A stretch of 64,000 nucleotides of DNA from Nemertoderma westbladi (taxonomy: Eukaryota; Animalia; Xenacoelomorpha): assembly GCA_032718475.1 (NCBI GenBank), contig JAUCBJ010000012.1:5673-69672 (forward strand), in the 5' to 3' direction. The notes under the pieces were generated by a model, which had not been told where the DNA came from, did not search any database, and worked only from the letters and a program-made list of their open reading frames with translations. Position numbers and translations under genes: made by a program. Positions 52,935 through 64,000 of this stretch are shown here, in pieces; position 1 is the stretch's first letter, and each line of letters starts with the position of its first letter.

Positions 52935-54640
52935 CCCAGTTAAACATGAGTATGTGTTTCATATATGGTTGCCATAAATAATTCGACATGTGATACATAT
53001 ATGTAAATGTTACAGTGTTGTCAAATGTGATCCATATGTGGAATGTTCACATGTGATACACATATGTTTTTTATGTGACAAGTGCGACAAAAAGAGTAAA
53101 AATTTAAACTGAGACCGACCAATCACTGGTGTGGGTCTGCATTTCCTATAGAGAGGTGGGGCGGGGGGGGGGGGGGGGGGTAGCCTACCTCAGTACCTTA
53201 TCCTATCCAATCCCTACACCCTATCCTACGGCCCTACACCTACCCTATACATTTAGAGAAGGAAGCATCGGAGTATATATGAAAATATTTAATCCATAGT
53301 GATATGAGAGTATCCTTAATAGATTTTGGTTATGATCCGTAAATTCGTATTCTATTAGTTAGATTTAATTAAGTTATCTAATTTCCAGCTATAATAGATT
53401 ATTCATTTTGATAAATCTTCGAAAATTAATTAATTCTAAGATCATATAATTGCTCATATGATATTTTATATCTAATTTTAAGACATCTTTTCCATACAAC
53501 ATATATATACCACATATGAAACATATGTTCAATTTTTTAACGGGATAAGAACTGCAATAGGCCTGCCTACCTTACGGATGGTATAGTGCATGTATGTTAT
53601 CTGTCTATGTCTGTACCCCTTACTGATACTTAGCAGCGCAGATGACAATGCACAACCACAACCTGACAAGTGAAAACCACCACACAGCCATACATATGTT
53701 TGTCTAATTCTGTTAATACAGCACTGTACAATGCACATGCACAGCACAATGTGCATAGTGCAAGGCAGAAAGCAGGCAAGTCACACACTGCATCACTGAA
53801 CAATTGAGTGGACTATGACTGTATGATAAGCGGTAGGCTTATGCAACGCATTATGCTGTTATGGGTAAAATATAAAATAATTTGCGATTCACTAGCTAAA
53901 CTACAAGCGACACGACGTGGTTAAGAAGAAAGATTGCAGGATCAGACTATGAAATGCCTATCATTTTAAGAATGTGTCCCACCACCAGCCCTCAAATGCA
54001 ATAAACAAAACAATTGGACGATCGACTATGGTTACTTCAATTTAGTGTCCATACAGCCTTCACAGATCATTTAAACCTTATAGCAGGCCTATGTATTGAT
54101 TATACATTATATGGTTAAATAGCCGGTACTTTGAAAATACAGTATAACAAAAAATATAGATTCAACGTATTATACTGCTGATTAAAACGATATTTGTTCT
54201 TAATGCAAAAAGCTGAGTAGTGACATCAACAAATTCCGCATCCCCCCTCGCTATTCTTTTCTGTACATGTATTACTGTAAGGCCTGTATTACCATAAGGC
54301 AAACATGTGTGCAACATATAAAATCCATGAACTGGATTACACAATTACGAATTGAATAGTTTATGGATTTAAATTTAACTCGGAGTCTTGGCTATGGCTA
54401 TTTCACATATGCTCGACATATATTATTCACATGCGCATTCTCACACATTTATTTATGATAAATTCATATGTGCAACATATAAATACCATAAATGGCGATA
54501 CACACATTCTAAGTGTATGTATCACCGCATGCGTGACATGTATTATTCATACATGAGCATAAAAACCCAATTTCCAGACACACCTATTCCATACAACATA
54601 TATATACCACATATGAAACATAAGTTCATGTTTAACTGGG
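52935..54640. mobile_element. Non-autonomous CMC/EnSpm-like DNA transposon nested in the copy B leader
   Basis: TIR CCCAGTTAAACATGA / TCATGTTTAACTGGG; 2-bp TSD AT confirmed by the empty site ctaatttaggg in copies A and C; subterminal acatatg repeats. Confidence 0.85.
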
Positions 54641-55748
54641 ATTTAGGGTTTAGTGTACAGTGCTTTCCGAAGGTAATTAGTGTGTAGGCAGTATATTTGT
54701 GTTGTAAAGTGGTTAATAGGCACGTTGGTTCTGGTAGACCGCGGTAATTAACTTCTAGGTAGGAACACTCCGTGATACATAACGTAGTACTTATAGCGAT
54801 ACGGCTATAAGTCGTCAGACGGTGGTATTTTTTCTATCTGGACAACGCAGTATATTTACTACTGCTTTGTTATTTTCAAATACCGTATTACCTTGTCCAT
54901 TGTAATAACCAGATATTCTAACCCTTTGTTAGGCTGGTTTGTAGACTTCTTGTAAAATTACCCTAAAAATTCGTACGTGTAATTTTTTGTGTTTATTTAG
55001 AGATTGTAATCTCACCCCGAATTTTACGTAATTTGTAGTATTAAGTAACTTAGGTAAATTAGAATTATTTGTTTTAGTGTCCAACCAGTAGCACTTCACT
55101 GAGAGCGCACAGCTTCTGTGTAGTGACTCCTTCCCAGAAATAATAACATTTATTTCAAACATTGACAAAACCCATTAAACGGGTACACAAATATTATAAA
55201 TCAACTCAAACCGATTTATAAAATAGTAGGCCTGTCATACATCAATTAGGTCTTAATGTCAGTTGGACTACTGCTTAAATAACAGTAATAAGGTAAAGTA
55301 AAGTAACCAAGTAACCCCTAAAATTCAGAAATTCAATTATTCTAAAATAATTGATATACCGGTATTTACGATAGGCTTATTATATTTATTTCTATAAATT
55401 TAGGCTGAAAATTATACCGGTATTCTGTAGTTAATTCTAGTCTGTAATAACACTTATATATATACTATAAGTGTAATCTGTATACCGGTATTCACGATAG
55501 GCCTATTATATATTTATATATATTTGTGCTGAAATTTATATATACCGGTATTCTGTGACAAACCTAGTCTGTAATAATACTTATATATACACTATAAGTG
55601 TATACCGGTATTCTAATATATTGTATATATATTACGTTACATAGAGTAACAATATCGGTAATTAATTACTAGGCTAACAGTTGATACTGAATTACTAGAC
55701 TTGCTTTAACTGTAATATAGCAGTAGGCATTCAACTGTACAAACAAAC

Positions 55749-58700
55749 ATGTCTGACACAAAGCAAAACCTGTCAGACAGTCTCCTAGATACAACCATCT
55801 GTGACCCAGACAGGAGCGTGGAACGTGTGAGACCGAAGTTCAATTCACCTCCTACTGTAAGAAAGATCATCCCTCCAGTGGTAATATCAGACCCTAGGCT
55901 AGTCCAACACCGTAGGTCTATCATAGGCACGCAAGCTCAAGTCAAGCGAGACCAAGAAGCAGCGGAACAGCAGCAACACTCGAGCCGAGAACTTATTTCT
56001 CAGCGGCCCGACAGCTCCAGTAGTGCGGATACTGTAGAGCTTACACCCGAGCGCGGAGCTAAGATGGCAGATGCGGTTTATTCGGATCCCCTTCTCATCC
56101 TTCCTGCAGCCGTACTCACTAGGGTATTGATTGCGGTGGAGGAACACCAGATTGATTGGGCGAGAAGTAAGCGATCGACCAAGGATAGTTATGCGGGATA
56201 CACAAGGGAAGAACTGAAGTCTATTGTTGAGTCGCAATGGAACTTCCCCAGACCCCGACTCCCGTTTGACTTATCAGAAGCTGCCTGGGAAGACATACAC
56301 AGGATGGGAGTGACCAAAGAAACCAGCGATCCAGCTGTGTGGAAGAGGTCAGCAGCAGGATACGTACAGGGATTCTTCAGCTCTATGGAGCGATTAAAGG
56401 AACAACTGTTTCGACAACCCCAAGGACCTCAAGCGCAGGGAGAGCTGCTTTATCAAGTTAGAGAAAGAATTCTACGAATCAGACTAATCTTATCGGCCTT
56501 TGAGGAGGCTTCTAAAAGAAGACAAGACACGTCGTTGCAAGTTGCCGTAAAGACTTGGTTTCAGCGGGTGAGTCTCCAAGTTCAAGGAACTGCCCAGTGG
56601 AAATCTCAGTTGGCTGAGCGCTCAACCCATGGAGAATCAACAGACGCTACATTTTCCCAAGTGGAAAGTGAAGCGACGGCAGAGAAACCGCATAAGAGGG
56701 ATGCTATTGACATCTATCTGTCGGACTATCAACGTTTTGTAGGAGATGAAAGTTGAGGAGAAGGCTAGATGGACTTAGCCCTAATAGTGAAGGAGCCAAG
56801 CTTGTGTTGGACGCAATAGATGCGGATATGATAGCTGCAAACCAAGCTAAATTTGATGAACGCCTCCGCATCGCTAGATCCAAGAAGAACAAGTAAAGAA
56901 AAAACATATAGAAGACAGAAAGACAGCGGCAGTGGCAGCAGCAGTGGCAGCGGCAGAAGCGGAAAGAAAGGTGGTAGAGGTGGAAAGAAAAGCGGCAGCG
57001 GCAGCAGCCGAAGTGGAAAGAAAAGCGGCAGTAGCAGCGGCAGAAGCGGATAGAAAAGCGGCAGAAATAGAAAGAAAGGCAGTGGCAGAAGCAGAACGGA
57101 GAGCGTCTGAAGAGATCGCCCAACTAGAGTTGGAAAATATTCAAGAGAATCAAGACTGCATAAATAAACAGTTAACAGCTAGTCAAATGCAGATGATGAG
57201 TCGATCTACTCCCAAAAGGCAGGGATTTACATCATCTGATGAAGGCGATACCACCGATCCTGAAGGTGGAGGAAATAGATCTCATCTAAGTAGGCGTAGA
57301 AGAATGTCCCACCGTCAGAAATTGCCTGATTTGCCCCCAGCTGTTAGAAGGCAACTAACTAACACAGACTTAGGTAGTACAGAACCCACAGACCAAATAA
57401 TTAAAATAGAAAGACTCCCTACTATAGTAGATGAGCCTGAAATAATTAGGCCTGTTCTCGAAGCCACCCCTTCGGTGATAGAGACACCTGTACTCCCTGA
57501 ACCTGCCTCTGAATTCCCTCTGCACAGCACTAAGCTACCTGTGCCCCACAGAACCACCCCTGAAAATGTTCATGTCCTGGACTCCGAGCGAAATATTAAT
57601 GATTTGTCGCCCGTTGTCCCTCGTCCGCCCGCTACAACGTTGGCGCCTCCCGCTTCGGCGGTCGAGTGGGTAGATGAGGGACGACGGGAGATGGGTCTCC
57701 TGCTCGGGCAGCTGAGGGAACACCGTTCTTGCTCCTCTCAGCAGGTCCAGGAGATGGGGGAGACTGTGCAGCAGTTAAAGGGAACAATTAGAGAGGGTAG
57801 GTTAGAGTTGCAAGAAGTGCAGCAAAGTATTGCGTTAGAACGCGATAAACTAGTAAATCTCCAAAAGGGTATACCACCACCCCCTGTAACAATGTGTCAA
57901 CCTGTTAGGTCTGAAGTATTTCATGCGCAAGGTGTGGAGCCTACACGCATCTATACTGCTAGTGAAGTGGAAACTCCTATAGTAAACCCTATTAAGGGTA
58001 ATTATAAACCTATTGATAATGATATTCCATATAGACCTGATCATAATCCGAGAAATTTATATACCGATAACTCGATATTAAATAACACGATGGCCCAAGA
58101 AAGTTTTACGCGTCAAATGGCTAGAACCGAAGCCCGTCAAGCGGTAAAGGTGGGAGAGATCGTCAAGTTCAATGGAGATGAGATGAAATGGTTACCTTTT
58201 AATGAATATTACAAAGATAACATACAGAACTCTGTGCTATCTAACGGAGAGAAACTTAGATTCCTCATCGAGTGCTTGGAAGGATCTCCCAAGTTAATGG
58301 CGTTAAAGTTTATTGGACATCCAGATGGATTAAGACAAGTTTGGGATACCCTAAACATCAGGTATGGTAATAGGAATAACATAGCTAGGTATTTGTATGC
58401 AAAATTGGTAGCGCCCCGAAAGTTCATTAGCAGCGGGATTATAGAGTTTTCCGATGAGATTCAAGAGATCTGTAGACAATTAGATTGGCTAGGTAAGTCT
58501 CATGAATATCAGAGTTCTATGGTTATTGGAGCCGTGGCCTCTACTTTACCTAAGGGTGGAGTAGGTACACGCTGGGATAAGAAAGTGTTATATATGATGG
58601 AACAACAACGACGAGACCCTACCATGGCTGATCTCATGTCATTCTTAGATGGAGAAGTGAAATTACAGCTCCTAAAGCAGTCCAGAGAGAAGACACCGGA

Positions 58701-60738
58701 AAACAAGGTAAGTGAGAAACCCGTTTCTAGGAGAAGGGTAATACCAGTGTGTTATACAGACGACGGCGAAAGCCAGGCTTCTCAAGAGGAAGACAGCGGG
58801 AAAGACACTGAAAGATCTTACTATGACAACAAAGCGCCTAAGGACGTAAGTAAATTCAAGTCTCGAACCAATGACAGGAGAGAACAGGTAAGAAAAACTC
58901 CTCCTACGTCTCCTAAGAGAATTCATGTAAGAAAGCCCGAGGAAAGAACGAGTGTGCACAACGTTACCCAGAGTAAGGTAAGTAACATCAAACCAAAATG
59001 TGTGCTGTGCGACGGGCCCCACCGTTTAAGTGTGTGTGATGAATTCATGAGGAAATCATTAAAGGATAGACGTGAAGTCATGTGGGATAAGCGGTTGTGT
59101 TATAATTGCCTCAGACGAGGACATCAACGGCGAACCTGTTACTCCGACGCAAGGTGTGCAAAGTGCGGCGCAAAACATCATATCTTGTTGCACACTGAAT
59201 TCGAACGAAACAGCCCGAGTCAGGTAAGGGAGTCCGAACTACATGTCCAATTCAGTGATGTGAACGACACTGACCAAAGTTCTGAGATGGAAGGATTCTA
59301 TACGGACGAATTCTCCGACGAAGATGAATCCTGTTACCTGATAAATACCGCAGTGTATCGAGCACTTACGTATGAAAAAGACACAGACAGCGAGCTCCCC
59401 CTAACTACTTCTGACCGACAACCATCTTGGAAAGCACCAACTTCCAATGTAGGAATCCGAGAATTTCCAGTAGTGCAGTTAAGGGTCCATGGACCTAAAA
59501 GGAGTTATATAGTGAACGCCCTCCTTGACTCCGGTAGCACAGGAACATTCATCGACAAAGAACTAGCCGAAGACATCTTTGCTGGACAACCCAAGTTCCG
59601 AACTAAGTTAAACATGTCAGGAATTATGCAGGTTTGGAAATCTACAGTAATAGCTGATTATTATGTAGGTGCGTTGTCCACCCCCCAGGATGAACTAGGA
59701 GAACATAGTATAAGGTCAGTAAAAATGGTGGCGATAAAGAACTTCGCTACCAGCCAAGTGGTACCTTATAACTGGAATGAGGACGATTCCACCCAGCAGC
59801 TTAATATACCCAGATTCAACACAGATTACCCCGGAGTGCAAATACTCATCGGCCAAAATGCGCATGAAGCGCTTGAGACATTAGAGAAACGGCCTGCTCA
59901 ACCGCAACCATTACAAGTCTATGCGGGAAGAACTAGAGTAGGTTGGTACATTACTGGTCCTTCACGTAGAACTCTAATGGAAAGATTACCAAAAGAACAG
60001 GTATATCAATTAAGTGAATGGGAAGTGGAGAGCAGTGAAGTTGACGACCCAACTGAGGGAACACCATACTCCTCAGATAATGATGATATTAACTCCAATG
60101 TAGATCAATGGAGACATTGCCCCGAGACGATTAATCTGGCCGACATCGCTTCCAGAGGAGCAACTCCTCAAGAACTGACAGATACTCCAGACTGGTTAGG
60201 TGGACCCGACTTCCTAAGTAAAGAAGATGAATGGCCTCCCCATCTTACCACGGCTGAGATTAGACAAGCCAGGGGAGCGGAGAAAGTCAAACCTAAAACC
60301 CGGACGAGTAAATCAAGGTTATTTAAACCCGTGATAGATCTGTCTGTACTACACATTGCCAGGGACGACGCTGTGGATCTGAACTCCCCCACCGCGAACC
60401 GATCTGTTGTGGAGATCAGAGAGAGAGACTGGAGATCTGGAATACCAGACGTCTCGCCGGGACTCTCACCTCTCCTGCCGGGAGCGATGGACCACTATAG
60501 ATCCTGGAATCGGCTTTGTAAGGCCGTCGTGTATTTGAAGCGATGTTTCTATCGTCACTATTCCAGGACGAAGAGGAAACCTGGAATTGTCTTCGAGATA
60601 CAGCAGCTCAATCGCCCAGTTGGTCGTTTATGTTTACTGGAAAGAGACAGAGAACTCTCCGGAAACTATGGAAGGCAAGATACTCTTCCCACGACCACCT
60701 CCCTAATCCAACAAACATCTAGGGACTCCCCAACTTAA
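55749..60738 (+). pseudogene. BEL/Pao gag-protease fused in frame to RNase H-end and pol C-terminal remnants (RT and IN deleted); frameshifts ~56750-56900
   Basis: Gag as in copy A; aspartic protease ALLDSGSTGTFI and ILIG; QWRHCP...NLADIASRG...W..GPDFL; no RT or DDE integrase core visible. Confidence 0.9.
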
Positions 60739-62401
60739 CAACGTCTGGAGTGGGTGTGTGACTATATTATTTTATATTCTTATTATTTTATATTTATGTA
60801 TGTATTATTATGTATTTTTATTATAATCGTTTTCTTTAATTTTATTTAGTAGAATGTTATTTTAGCGATTATTTAGTAGATTAGTGCAATATGTATTAGT
60901 GTTTATTACTTAATTACTTATATATTATATATTTACAGCGACGGCGAGAAATAATTATTTTTCTCTTTCCTTACTGTCCGTATTACATTATAAATACGTG
61001 ACTACAGTAAGATGAAATATCCGTACTTATTAAAGTACAATAAAGCTCCTACTATATTTAAGTATTATTGGTAAGTAGAGTATTAGGAATGCAAAGTTCA
61101 GATCCTCGTGTCTCGGCTAAACCAAGCTCTGGGTAGACCTTGGAAACGACTTGCCTCTTCTCACTGACATTGCTTCGTGCGATATTGCTCTCATACCGTA
61201 TATTAAATAATACATATAGTAGCGTGATGTCCCTTTAACAGTAGCGTACAACGCAAATAAATCTGTTAAACCCTTTGACCATCTGTAATTCTAGTCGATT
61301 AAGATATCGCGGCACCCACCGATATACTTGAAAGACAAAATTCTAGAATCAGTGGTTAACGTCCCCAGACAAGTTCTGGAATAAACTGGTGCCCATCCTA
61401 AATATTAATTATTAATATTTACAAAATCTGTCAAATTTTAGATCCTTTAAAATTCTAGTCAATTAAGATATCGTAGCACTTACCGATACTCTTAAAAGAA
61501 CAAATTTCCTAGAATCAAGGATCCCAGTCCCCAGATATGTTCTGGAATAAAATTGTGTCTATTTTAATATTAAATAATAAAATTTACGGGAATAAATTTA
61601 AATTCATATCTTTTAATGAATTTTATAAATTGTCATTTTTATGCAATTTATAACATTCCCAAAATTCCATTAATTAATAGATCATGGGAGCGGAGATTCA
61701 CCCTATTAAGTATATTAGTGTGCAAGAATCTCCAATATAGTCAATAGCCGATAAAACTCATAAAATCATGTATAAAGAGGAATATTGACAATTAAAGAAT
61801 TACTATTAAATAGCATCCCAGATCTGTATGCATGAGAATTACCCTAATTCTACTGCTAGCTTTTCATAATGTCACCATGGCAACAACCACGCTAGAATCA
61901 GAAGTGAGTTAAAAGAACAATAAAGGCTTGCCCCCTTGAATAACATAAGGAATAAATAGCATACTGCTAGTATCCCAGGATACCCAATAATAACGTGGCA
62001 TTCTGGAAAGCACTGACTAACGGACAAATGTCCCGAATGTGTGCGATTTGTGACAGTTGTGCCCGAATGTGTGCGATTTGTGACAGTTGTGTGGAATTTG
62101 TGCGTTTATAGGTGAATGTTACTACTAAGGTGTGTTTACAGTAGCGAGTCGCAATTGTGAAAGTAGCCCTAACTCTCCAGTAAGAACCTGAAGTAAATCT
62201 AAGCCTTTGGGACGGACGGTGGAGTGACTCGCGCTGGTTGTTGTGGTCGTTGTGCAGCTACGACGTTGGCGATAGGCACATCGGCGAAAGTACACCAGCG
62301 CTGAGGATCTTGCGCTGTCCGGGGGCCGAGAGGGGTAGGCAGCGACGCCCGCTAGCCTAAATATAAACTCATTATAATATTGATAAACTCATATAGCAGA
62401 T

Positions 62402-63765
62402 ATGACTGAGTTGATAGAAGATGATCTTGGTATCAGGGAGCGATATACTCTACCTTTACAAGCGTTGTTGATAGCTTGATACGCAGCGACGCTGGTCCAA
62501 CTACTACTGAGGACGATGGTCGTTATATCGAACCGCCAATGTCCCGGGAGCAACTTACGCGTGAATTGGACTATAGAAAATTCACCGCTCGCTACGCTAT
62601 ACGCATCGTAATGGTACGTATATGGACTTCTTAACTACCGGCCATCCTATCGATTTACACGATACGGACGATGTCGACACCGAAAGGGAAATGGTACTAT
62701 TGAAATATCCTACCCAGCGGAGTCGGAACGATAAATTGAGAATCGAATGCGAAAATTATATTCGAAATCGACTCGAAGGAGAAGACGTTAAAGAACCGGA
62801 TAAACGCGGTAACTCCAACGTATATTTGGAATTCTTGAGAGAAACATTGTAAAACCGAATAAATATCACCCGCGTTTCCCCTACAAGACGTGCGTCTTTG
62901 GTATTATTGCGATGAATGCCCAAGACCCAACCAACAAACGGAAAGACATAAACATCCGCGGAGACGTTGCTTTAAACACGGTTTTACTCGCTATATTTAC
63001 GGGAGTTTCGAGCGAAACTTGTTCGATGTATCACCTACGCTCGTTCGATTCAAACGATCCTTAAATAAATCTATGATCAGAGTTCCGGAATACTCGGTCA
63101 GACCTCCTCATTCCCTAGTTAGACCTCAGACACTTGATCCTAATAGTATCACGGATCCTCCCGAACTGTACTCACTGTTCAAAGATCTAGTGTTACCCGA
63201 ACAGTTAGTCAGTGGCGCTCCGGTTGTGGGCTCCCTAAATATTCGCCCATCTTACCTAGTCGGATTGGGACGCGGACATCTAATATCGCCATTCAACCGT
63301 ATCATCGTCCCTGTTTAACCCGATACAACCTGTAACCAAGGCGGAGGAGAGAGTTGTACGAAACGTGTTGGACACTATTCGTCAAAAGATCGGAAAATGA
63401 ACCTACAATTGTTTAGAGAAACGTAAATTGCAGCAGCAAATCCAAGCGGTAAACGAATTAACTTTATCTCAGTTCGATCAGGAAATTCAGAATGTCTAAG
63501 AAGATATCGAACTTGGACGATCCTATTCTCTGCAAGAGTTTTTGGATGAACGCATCCAACGATAAGCGGAGGAAAATCAGCTCGAGGAGAAGCATATCGA
63601 AATGGACGAGACATCGACCGTAACCCTAAACCTTCCGATGCAATTGTATTGCACCCTTTACCCAGGAGTTATAGCCCTCCTAGTAAAGTGGCTCGCCCCA
63701 AAGAGAAAAGGACTCTTGCTAGCCTCAAAAAACTGCGTAAACGCCGTCCGCGCATGAAAAACTAA
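62402..63765 (+). pseudogene. Deleted copy of the accessory ORF in copy B, lacking the exonuclease and zinc fingers
   Basis: MTELIEDDLG start homologous to 39198; jumps at ~63612 to DRNPKPSDAIVLHP...KKLRKRRPR. Confidence 0.85.
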
Positions 63766-63915
63766 CTGTTTAGAGTTATTTTTATATTTTAGAAACTGTG
63801 ATTTTTTATATTTTATAGAATTAAATCCCATTTTCAGGGAGCGGTGTAAAAGCTTTTGCGGAATTAGCTGGTTATTTTCCCCGCAAAGTACTCTGTAGTT
63901 GGTTTAACGGACATA

Positions 63916-64000
63916 CGGCCACCTGTAGCTGCATAGACCCTCTTACTAGGGCAAATCTGGTCCTGTAACTAGGACCCCCTTCGTTCTGGGATAAGGACGC
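63916..64000. mobile_element. Unidentified insertion in the copy B 3' LTR, runs off the window
   Basis: LTR identity stops abruptly after ggacata; GC-rich sequence with small hairpins follows. Confidence 0.5.

Larger units (their letters stand above)
50672..63915 (+). mobile_element. BEL/Pao LTR retrotransposon copy B, multiply deleted; 3' LTR starts at 63845 and is interrupted at 63916
   Basis: 5' LTR 50672-51840 TGT...ACA; PPT GGGAGCGG then TGTAAAAGCTTTTGCGG at 63845 identical to the 5' LTR start for ~70 bp. Confidence 0.93.

Overview
AT-rich invertebrate (metazoan) genomic DNA. The left third holds host genes: the last three coding exons of a DLGAP/GKAP-family gene, an intronless BORCS7-like ORF, SRSF2/SC35 and possibly a Cys-rich minus-strand gene. 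These sit among minisatellites, MITEs, an Academ-like and a Sola2-like DNA transposon, a tRNA-SINE and a degenerate Penelope-type hammerhead. The window is dominated by three copies of one BEL/Pao LTR retrotransposon family. Copy C (1-2870, minus) is a 5' end inside a DLGAP intron. Copy A (32307-48389, minus) has both LTRs and a 5-bp TSD AAGTC. Copy B (from 50672, plus) runs off the window. The family has two unusual traits. First, there is no tRNA primer-binding site; the 11 nt right after the 5' LTR are perfectly complementary to an 11-mer inside the LTR, with a compensatory base change between copies, which suggests Tf1-like self-priming in a BEL/Pao element. Second, in the env position it carries a ~1400-codon accessory ORF with a DEDDy 3'-5' exonuclease and CCHC zinc fingers. 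All calls are by eye from the sequence and the ORF track; no database searches were run.
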